From: Eledone cirrhosa
Taxonomy: Eukaryota
Direction of reading: 5' to 3'
Assembly (NCBI GenBank): GCA_964016885.1
Contig: OZ024740.1
Span: 258,602,001-258,666,000 of the forward strand
DNA length: 64,000 nt
Shown here: one piece after another, positions 54,570-64,000 of the stretch
How the letters are laid out: each line of letters starts with the position of its first letter
How positions within the stretch are numbered: position 1 is the stretch's first letter
Made by a program: the position numbers and the translations under genes
The notes under the pieces: model-generated
The model's database searches: none
What the model was told of the DNA's origin: nothing
The model's input: only the letters and a program-made list of their open reading frames with translations

Positions 54570-55186
54570 ATATAAATGATCTTTATAAGATGTATAAAAA
54601 AATTGTTGTTGGCAAAGATTTCTTTCTCCGTTTTGGATCTTCAAAACATTTTTCATTAGTTTTAACGGAAAAACAATTTGTTATTAAGATAAATTGTTTG
54701 AAAAGCCGGTTTTCTCCGTTTTGGATATTAAAAATCCAAAACGGAGAAAACTGACTTTACAAACATCAATGTTTATACATGTTATAGAGATCCTTTGTTT
54801 ATACGTATACCAGGTCCTCTTATCAAATCCTTTTTTTAAATCATTTTCATATGTATTATAAAAACTTAGTGGCTAAGTAAGTATGAAGTATAATACTTAT
54901 TGTGTCTGAGTTTTGCCTGATTTATTGATTTCTGCAAAATATTAGCTATATGATTTCCTAAAATAATTGTTTCTACTTTTGGCACAAGGCCAGCAATTAA
55001 TCAGTGTATTACTGGTATTTTATTTTATCGACTCCGTAAGGATGAAAGGCAATTCCTAAAATAATGGCAGTGTGCAAGCCCTCTTATGTTTCGGGTATTT
55101 AGCTTCAATTCCCTCATTGGCGATCACAGAGCCACATGATTGTTATATATTATATATCGATTTCATTTGTCACACACACACATATA

Positions 55187-55221
<35 letters not shown>

Positions 55222-55255
55222 AGATTTGAATGGATACAGTTTAGTTGAAAGGAAT

Positions 55256-55372
55256 TTATTGACACGTGTTTCTATAACAGTTACATAACCTAAAACAGCT
55301 ATCTACAAACTTTTAGTTATGCAGACATTCAATATTTCAATGTTATTATTTACTGTCATTTCATCAGAATAA
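55256..55372 (-). ncRNA. Hammerhead ribozyme with enlarged stem II
   Basis: ttatt-CTGATGA-a-atgacag..ctgttat-a-GAAAC acgt GTC-aataa. Confidence 0.6.
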
Positions 55373-55609
55373 TATTACTGAGGACCTATTTAGTTTTTAT
55401 AGAGAATATTAGGAGGGAGGGGTGAAGTTGTTAGAAGAATAGTTGAAGGAGTGGTTTTTCGATAGCAGTGAGAATTCTTGGTGGCAGTGAGTAATTAGAT
55501 TCCCATCTGTTGTTTTGACATTTTTTATGGAATATATTATTGGTTATTTTTCTAAATCTATAGAAGGATTAGAGATAGTAATGGCATAATTTTATTGTGG
55601 TGTTTATTA

Positions 55610-55657
<48 letters not shown>

Positions 55658-56184
55658 TAATAAACACCACAATAAAATTATGCCATTACCCAAGGTTTCA
55701 CGAAGCCAGACGATACTAGCAGAAGCGTCTGAATCCGTTCATCAGACGTTTCTTTTAGCATCGTCAGACTTCGTGAAACCTTCGGTAATGGAATAATCAT
55801 ATTGTGTTGTTTATTACATAACTAAAAACTCTGTACTATATATATATAGTACAGAGTTATTTAGTTATGTAATAAACAATACAATATGATTATATATTTA
55901 GTTATGTAATAAACAACACAATATGATTATTGGGTTCGCTTGTTTCAATTTAAGAAAAAATTAAGTAAATAAATACAAGCTGGAATTGTGGTAACTACCA
56001 ATCACCCAGACAACTTGTTGTTTCGCAAAGTTAATTGTGAATAAATTTGTTGAGCTATTTCAAATGTCGAGTAAACCTGGCTGCTGTTTTTAGTGGTGTG
56101 GGTTTGTGAGACTCGCTAGGATGCCATTTGCGGTGTGTTATATTTTATATAGAGCATACATAGAAGTGTCTAGGATACTAATTC

Positions 56185-56259
56185 ATCACCCACTGATGAG
56201 CTTGGATTAGTATATCTATTCACAATTAACTTTGCGAAACAACAAGTTGTCCAGGTGAT
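56185..56259 (+). ncRNA. Hammerhead ribozyme in fold-back element ~55930-56330
   Basis: atcaccca-CTGATGAGC..GCGAA-ACAAC aa GTTGT-C-caggtgat. The inverted arm (55930-56043) reads GTC-tgggtgat, which restores a perfect stem I. Confidence 0.72.
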
Positions 56260-56432
56260 TGGTAGTTACCACAATTCTAGTTTGTATTTATTTTCTTAAT
56301 TTTTTCTTAAATTGAGACAAGCGAACCCAATTGTCTATAGTTAGCATTCTTTTCACCTCAGTGAATCTGGTCCCTTACGATTAGAACACATATATCTATA
56401 TATCTGTGTTTGTTTTTTCTTTTATATTCTAT

Positions 56433-56512
<80 letters not shown>

Positions 56513-56762
56513 GGGAAGTAAGGATTCTATACAAAACAGTGGATATAGAGAAAAGATGAAGTTGGAAATAGCACGGGAGATTTAAGGATCTGTTTTTCTT
56601 TTTTGATTCGTCAAAGTGGCATTATTGAAAAGATAATATTATTAAAATATGAGAGGGACAATTCTTTTTATTTTTATTTTTTATGAAGTATATAAAGTAT
56701 ATATATATATATATATATTAATTCAAAATATTAACAAAAATAGACATTCGTGTGATGAAGTA

Positions 56763-56829
56763 TATTTTATTATACATATTTCAGAGGTACAGAGTTATCT
56801 TCAACAGTACGTCCTCATCAGATAAAATA
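56763..56829 (-). ncRNA. Hammerhead ribozyme, same family as 46806 and 48827
   Basis: tattttat-CTGATGA-ggacgtac..gtacctct-GAAAT atgt ATA-ataaaata. Confidence 0.7.
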
Positions 56830-56947
56830 AGATGCGGCATGACATACCCTAACATAGTAGATGGAAAACCGAAACTCGTTGAGTGCTTCCAATCTATTGT
56901 AAAACTCATTCTTTGATTTATTCATTGAACCTTGTTTAACCTTTAAA

Positions 56948-56990
<43 letters not shown>

Positions 56991-56996
<6 letters not shown>

Positions 56997-57165
56997 GTGA
57001 GGTTTTTTTACAAAATGAAAAATAACCGAGGTGTCCTACACGAGTGAAAGTATAAAGAAAAAAAGATGAAATCGAAAATGCAACTGGAGTCTTATTTTAA
57101 AAAATATATATATATTTATTTGGTTCCTTTACTGGTTTCGCAGTTCTTCTGTTTTTCAAAAGTAG
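56991..57165 (+). repeat. Dispersed ~175-bp repeat in (TA)n, inverted copy at ~41997-42170
   Basis: tagaaagtga.ggttttttt..aaccgaggtgtcctacac..gaaatcgaaaatgcaactggagtcttattt shared between the two sites. Confidence 0.8.
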
Positions 57166-57216
57166 ATATATATATATATTTTAAAATAAGACTCCAGTTG
57201 CATTTTCAATTTCATC

Positions 57217-57348
<132 letters not shown>

Positions 57349-58378
57349 CATACATACATATATATATATATTTGTGTGCGTGCGTTTATTTATGTTTGTG
57401 TCTGCAATTTTGCTCGTATACTGTAACTTAAAGGTTCGACAAAAACATCGATAAAAGACGTAGCACACATTTTAAATAAGTACTGGGGTTGATAGGAGAA
57501 TAGTAAACCTTTTCAATACGGTCCCTCAGCATGGCTGCTGTCTAATGACTAAAGCCAATAAAAGAATAAAAGAATAATGAAATAAATGAAGACGAAATGA
57601 CGGCTGAAAAAAACGGACGTCAAGAAGTAAACAAACACACATACAGAATATATCGGGAATATCTTAATAAAAATAACGATAGAAAAACAAAGTGAGACAA
57701 AATAATAAACAGAAATAATAGGACTGTGAGTCTAACAGACATATTATGATTGGCTAAACAAAAGATAAAAGATATTTCAGAAGTATGTATGTTATAATTA
57801 TGGCAGTTATTTGGGAAAGCAAAATGGCGTTGGTAAGGGCTGGAGAGAGAGATGAGGGATTATTGAAGAAGGTTCGTTGTAAGTATGGTTTAAGATATTG
57901 ATCAGTGCGTGATGTTATGCCGTGTCCCAGTTCTTTTCTTCTCTCCTTCTTTCTCCTGTTCCTATACTCTCTTGTTATCCCCCTCTCTCTCTCTCACTCT
58001 ACCCCAAACAGTTTTTCTATTTTTATTTTGTCATTAACGAAAGGGTTTTAGTTCTCTCTTACGTCCCTCATAACATGGTCGCCGATTGGCGTCACTTGGT
58101 TAAATGAATGAGAAACTTATTAGTCTAGTCTAGGTAAGTAATATAGGCAGCCAGCCAGTCACCAAAGCCAGTCAATCAATCAGTCAGTCGGACTGTCGGT
58201 CTGTCGGTCTGCCAATACTAAAGTACTTTTGTTATTTTTTTCTTTACTGCTTAGTCAGAGAGCAAATAACTGTGTCCATGTCCCATATTCAGGGTCTCTG
58301 GTGGGATTGAGGAAGAATGATATCCTATAAACTGGAAACCTAACAGGAAATCTTGGACCGTGCTAAAAGTCATCTTCC

Positions 58379-58521
<143 letters not shown>

Positions 58522-58644
58522 TGATAGTGTGTGTGCGCGTGCGTGCGTAATAGTGTGTGTGTAAGTGTGTGTGTGTGCGCGCGCGCGACCGTGTGTGATA
58601 GTGTGTGTGTGTGCGTACGAGCGTGATATCACAGGACATCACCT

Positions 58645-58770
58645 TGTTGTTAAAGAATTCCCGTTGCAACCACGTGATTCCAGTTTCCTTTTTATTGCAT
58701 GGCACCTTGGGCAAGCTTCTTCACTACAGCCCTGGGCCAATCAATGTCTTGTGAGTGAAAATTCGTAGAG
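58645..58770 (+). mobile_element. Old SINE of a second family (tggcaccttgggcaag core)
   Basis: Degenerate head, core and gtgagtg motif. Weaker relatives near 22858-22990 and 53160-53260. Confidence 0.5.
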
Positions 58771-59119
58771 TTAAAAAGCAAAAGTCCACCTTATACATAA
58801 GTGGGTGTAGAAGTCCATTTCTGTGTCTCCGTTTATGCCCCGTTATCTAGCAGTTGGACGGGATTGATAAAATAACTAACACACCTGAAAAATATGTACT
58901 GCGGTCGATATGTAGTGCGGTGGTCCCTCGTGGCCACAATCGACTGAAACCAGTAAAAAACACCAGAGTGTGTCCTTGCATGGCTCAGTGTACAATTGAG
59001 ATATACATGTGGGAAGATATTTATTTAAGAAATTTCAAATAAAGAGTCTTTATGGTACCGCTATTCCATCGGATTTTGAGGATGTGTTATAGTTTGATTT
59101 GTTTTGTCTTTGCAAAGAC

Positions 59120-59188
<69 letters not shown>

Positions 59189-59339
59189 TGATAGTAATAG
59201 TGTTGACAGTGGTAGTTATCTTTTTACTATATCTCATAACCTAGAAAGCAGGAGGAATACTAAAAAGTAAAATACTTTTAAGAATACCAAAATACCAAAA
59301 TCTCAAATATAATACAGTAGCAAATTAGCAACGTCGTCG

Positions 59340-59492
59340 GCGAGTTAGCCGAGAGTCGTTAGAGAGTCGGATAGAGTGTTTTGCGGTATTCACTTCGGCT
59401 CTCTTCTCTGTCAGTTCAAATCCGGCCGAGGTCAACTTTTTCTTTTATCCTTTTGAGGTCGATAAAAAAGCACCAGTCTAGTACTTGAGTCG
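59340..59492 (+). mobile_element. Diverged SINE with the atcctttnggggtcgataaa core
   Basis: gttcaaatccggccgaggtcaact..tttatccttttgaggtcgataaa. Confidence 0.7.
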
Positions 59493-59839
59493 GTTCCTCC
59501 TTTATATCTCTTTGTCATTTCCATTCTCTTTCTCACTTTATATCCTTATTTGAAAGGAATCTGTTCTATTCAGTCCTGAAAGGAGATATGGTCCGCCAGG
59601 CTTAAAATGTCCCAGAAACGGTGAAGACTCCATCGGGTGTTACGGATCCATACGTAGCAATGGCCTTATATTGCTAATGTTTTTACAGCATAGTTAGAGT
59701 GTCGCACAAAATCCAGTTGAGCAAAAATGTTCATTCTATTTGTTCGGGTTTAGTGATTATTGCCTCAAGGAAAATCAAAACTTGCGTCAAAGCTTTTCTC
59801 CATCTTTACAGCAGAAATACGAAAATACGAGAAGTTTAC

Positions 59840-59917
<78 letters not shown>

Positions 59918-60087
59918 GTGTGCTTCCATGCACATTTCTCACAGCTACGGTTAAATAAATCCCATACCGTTTTTGTACAGATATACATATATGATAAAAT
60001 TAAGAACCACTCATGTACTGTGGTATATTCGATCGGCTGTATATATAGATCGATAGATACATTTATAGAGAGTTCGTATTATATATG

Positions 60088-60124
<37 letters not shown>

Positions 60125-60844
60125 TAGATCGATCGATAGATAGATATATGATAGCTTCAACCCGATTTCAAGTAATGCCATCGTTTGATACTTAAAGATG
60201 AGCATTATGGACGTGGCTTTTTAGTCCTGCTAGGGACTAGCCTATTGCCAGCAATACCATGCGTCGTAAAAATATCACATATCAAGCGATGCCTGTGCTT
60301 CAAGCTTTTTTAAGTGAGGAAAGGCTTTGCATGGGGCCTATCCTACTCTCTGAATATCGAATGCATTTGCCCCAAAAGAAGAATTGGTCACGATCATTGG
60401 ATGCAAACGAAGTCGAAGATTTTATATCAGAGTGACCTTCTAGAGAGATGTCTTAATGAATACTAGGTGACTCCCACCCAACCACAAAAAAAATATATAT
60501 TGGATGGCCGTTGACTCTCCTGAGTTCCACCGCCCTTTGGCGGCCTTTGTTTTTCCTCCTGCAGAGTGTCTAAAGACACCCTCCTCACCAACGAAGTGGC
60601 GTTGCCGGTTTAGTCGCAGACATGCATGTGTACATAGTTTATGTTGTGTAAATTCCAATGAGAGAGTCTTGTATCTATGTTAGAAACCGTCTCTCTCTCT
60701 CTATTAGCAAAAATTTGTGAAATTATAAAACCAGAAGAACATACATACATATACACATACATACATACATAATACATGCATACATGCATACATAAAAACA
60801 TAGATAGATACGTAGGTAGATAATAGATAGAGAGAGGGGTAGAA

Positions 60845-60920
<76 letters not shown>

Positions 60921-60925
60921 GATAT

Positions 60926-61159
60926 GTTTCTTTACTAGCCACTGGGGCACAAAATAAGGGGACAAATACAAAGGGGGAAGTTTACATACAATAAAAACGT
61001 GTAAATTACTATCACAAATGCAATTTAAAAATTAATCGATTTTGCCCAATAGGGGAGACATTTCATATGGGTAACACATACCCCCGAAAAAATATGCAAC
61101 CCTCATCTCCAGGAGTCCTCTTTTTCCTCAACCTACAGGCTGATATAGAGAGAAGGTCC
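60926..61159 (-). mobile_element. Tx1 extreme 3' fragment between (GATA)n tracts
   Basis: Last ORF2 codons (GPSLYISL*) and a 3' UTR similar to 61187-61445. Confidence 0.82.
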
Positions 61160-61186
61160 ATAGATAGATAGATAGATAGATAGATA

Positions 61187-62970
61187 CATTTCTTTATTAG
61201 CCACAAGGGCACAAAAGAAGGGGACAAATACAAATGGGGAGTTTACATACAGGTGTATGAAAATAAAACTATTAATAAAATAACAAATAACAATTAATAT
61301 CCCCAATAGGGGGGAGGTGTTACACAGGGGTTGTACACACCCCGAAAAAATGTACAACCCTCATCTCCAGGAGCACCAAGAGTGAGTACACCCTTCCTCT
61401 CTTCCTCTTTTTCTTCAACCTACAGGCTTATATAGATAGAAGGCCCAACCACTCGGGCCATCTTTGCCACATTCACCCACCTTTTATAAAATTTTCTGGG
61501 GTACAGCACCTCTCTCTCCATCCTGATTCTTCTTCCAAAATGATATTTGAAAAAACGAATCAGTTGCTCGCCGGAGAGAAAGGTGTCTGACCTCAGCCCT
61601 TTTAACATCGTCCACCATATAACCTCTTTCACCATAGCCATAACACATAGGAAAACCGCTTCTCCCTCGTTTTTGAAGGAGGGTGGTGGTTTGATCGTGA
61701 CAATGGACTCGGTGGTCAACTGGATTGGTCCCACCCGCTACAATAGTCGTTCCACATAGCCCCACAGGTCTGTAACGCCCGGGCAGTGCACAAATGCGTG
61801 CGCGACGGTTTCCTCGTCGCACACGCATCTCGGACAGATCTTTTTCGAAGGGTCCCTACCCGGGCGCCCGTGTCTGTAGAGCTTGTCTCGAACTGGTAGA
61901 GCTCCTCGGTAGCACTGCCAGGCCAGGGACTTTTGGAAGTTGTCCATTGGTCCCGGGCGGAAGGTCCTACCAAACAGACTGGCCAGTTCGTCCTCCGCTA
62001 CGCCTAGAGTTTCTCAGAGCACGTCGTCGCACTTGCTGCGGACCAACCCTCTATAGAATGTCGAAGTGGAGTCTCCACTGATCGCCGGGTCCGTTTGCCA
62101 GAGGACTGTGAGCGCCTGAGCACATTCGATGTGCCAGTCGCCCATTTTCCTCGGTATTTGCTTGACCCAGGACTGCGGCTCGGTCAGCGAGACGAGTTGT
62201 GGGAAGGCTCGCCTCACGAATGGGGCCCACACCTTTTGTCTGGTGAGGAATACGTGGAGGTGCCGCAGCCTGAGCGCGTGTTTGCGCATCGTCAGCCAGG
62301 GGATCCTCAGCCCTCCGTTTGAAGGGTGTTGGCAGGAGATGGATCTTTTCACCAAAGGAGCCCGTTTCTTCCAAAGGAATTGGAAGAGCGCGCGCTCCAT
62401 TTTGGTGAGCGTTTTGGCTGGACAAGGCACGTCGGTCAAGCGGTAGCAGATGATGGACGCTATAAAAGTGTTCGCCACCTCCGCTCGAACTTTCAAGGAT
62501 AATTTGCACTTTGCCCACTTCTGGGTGAGCGCAAACGCCTTGGCCGTCACCTCGTTCCAGTTCTTCTCCACCTCGAGGTCAGGACCAAACCAGACCCCGA
62601 GCAGCTTTACCGGTCCTTTCGTCCAGCGTCCGACGACGCCATCGGAAGGCATCGGTTTGCCTCTCCACGTTCCGAGTTGCAAACCGACGGATTTGTCCCG
62701 GTTCAGCTTCGCTCCTGTGAACCTTTCGAATTCCACCAGTAAGGTGCCGATCTCCCCGATTTGCGAGGTGCTCGACACCATTACTATAATGTCGTTGGTG
62801 TAGGCCGACGCCGCTTTTCGCAGTCCCGATTCCAGAGGTATGCCCTGCAATAGCTCCAACTTCCGCAGTAGTGGCTCGAGAGTCAGTACGTACAGAAGGG
62901 GGGAGAGAGGGCATCCCTGTCGAATGGATCGCGTGATATGGAACGGCTCCGAGAGGTAGGCGTTCACCTT
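61187..62970 (-). mobile_element. Tx1-clade LINE, 5'-truncated in RT, (GATA)n on both flanks
   Basis: RSIRQGCPLSPLLYVL, SAYTNDII (degenerate YADD), MDNFQKSLAWQCYRGALPVRDKL, CPRC..H..C. Confidence 0.9.
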
Positions 62971-62989
62971 GATAGATAGATAGATAGAT

Positions 62990-63062
<73 letters not shown>

Positions 63063-63516
63063 CATACATAGATAGATAGATACATAGATGGTCATCATTT
63101 TGTTATCACCAAATTCATCATCATTATAATCTTCAAATCCCTCCTAGGCTAACTTTGCCTATCATCCTTACGGGGTTGATAAAATAAAGTACCAGTAATG
63201 CACTGGATTAACTGCTGGTCTTCAACAACATCTTTAACAAAATCATCACTATCATCCTCATCACCATCATCATCACTATAATCATCACTATCATCACATT
63301 CATCGTCATCACTATCTGCATCATTCTCATCACTACCATCATCGCTACCATCATCACATCAAACGCCAACACCATCACCACTATCACCAGCAACACCACT
63401 ACCATCACCACCAACACCACCAACACCACCACCATTACCAGCAACAATATCAAACCACCACAAACGCCAACACTAACACCGCCGCCACTAAACCCCCACC
63501 ATCATCAACCGTATCA

Positions 63517-63795
63517 TCATCACCAACAACACCACCTATGCCACCCCTAATAGCGCCGCCACCAACACCACCAACACCTCCAACATCCACACCACCGACA
63601 GCAATACCACCAGCATCACGACCATTACCACCGCCATCATAAACAGCATCACCATCACCAACAACACCACCTATGCCACCCCTAACAGCGCCGACACCAA
63701 CACCACCAACACCTCTAACATCCACACCACCGACAGCAATACCACCAGCATCACGACCATTACCACCGCCATCATAAACAGCATCACCATCACCA
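63517..63795. repeat. Two-copy 135-bp tandem duplication in a CCA-rich low-complexity tract
   Basis: acaacaccacctatgccacccctaa at 63526 and 63661. Confidence 0.8.
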
Positions 63796-64000
63796 AGAAA
63801 ACAATACTCTACAGCAAGAATATAAGCCAGTATGTCTTAGCCTGAGAACTATATTCTCCCACACTGTTAGAAACAGAGTTTTCTCTGTCTTACCAGTTTC
63901 CTATTCACAACACACCCCCGCCATTATGTCCTACATACGCCACCACCAGCCCTCTACATATACTACTACCACCCTTCCAGCTGCTTGGCTCAACCCCGAC

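Overview
Repeat-saturated eukaryotic DNA with no host gene that I can support. The dense (TA)n, (GT)n, (GATA)n and (ATT)n tracts and the SINE types suggest a cephalopod (octopus-like) genome; this is an inference. Contents: (1) degraded R4/Dong-clade non-LTR retrotransposons at 0-5 kb; (2) three divergent Tx1-clade LINEs stacked head-to-tail in (ATT)n (5056-20561), plus related copies sitting in (GATA)n; (3) tRNA-type SINEs, some with clear target-site duplications (TSDs); (4) a ~7.1-kb 21-bp minisatellite whose giant ORFs are repeat artefacts; (5) many Penelope-like element (PLE) remnants and fold-back fragments with minimal type I hammerhead ribozymes (HHRs). The top signal is a 3-kb insertion (37677-40678) of apparently identical 466-bp non-coding units, each with an intact HHR in a long rod-like fold. 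It has 4.3 units in one orientation and 2.1 in the other, bounded by one 13-bp TSD. That fits a young retrozyme (viroid-like circular RNA) copied by rolling-circle, twin-primed reverse transcription. Second signal: two diverged Naiad-type PLE copies share an in-frame TGA at a conserved Cys position (candidate selenocysteine). All alignments and folds were done by eye and boundaries are approximate unless a TSD fixes them.
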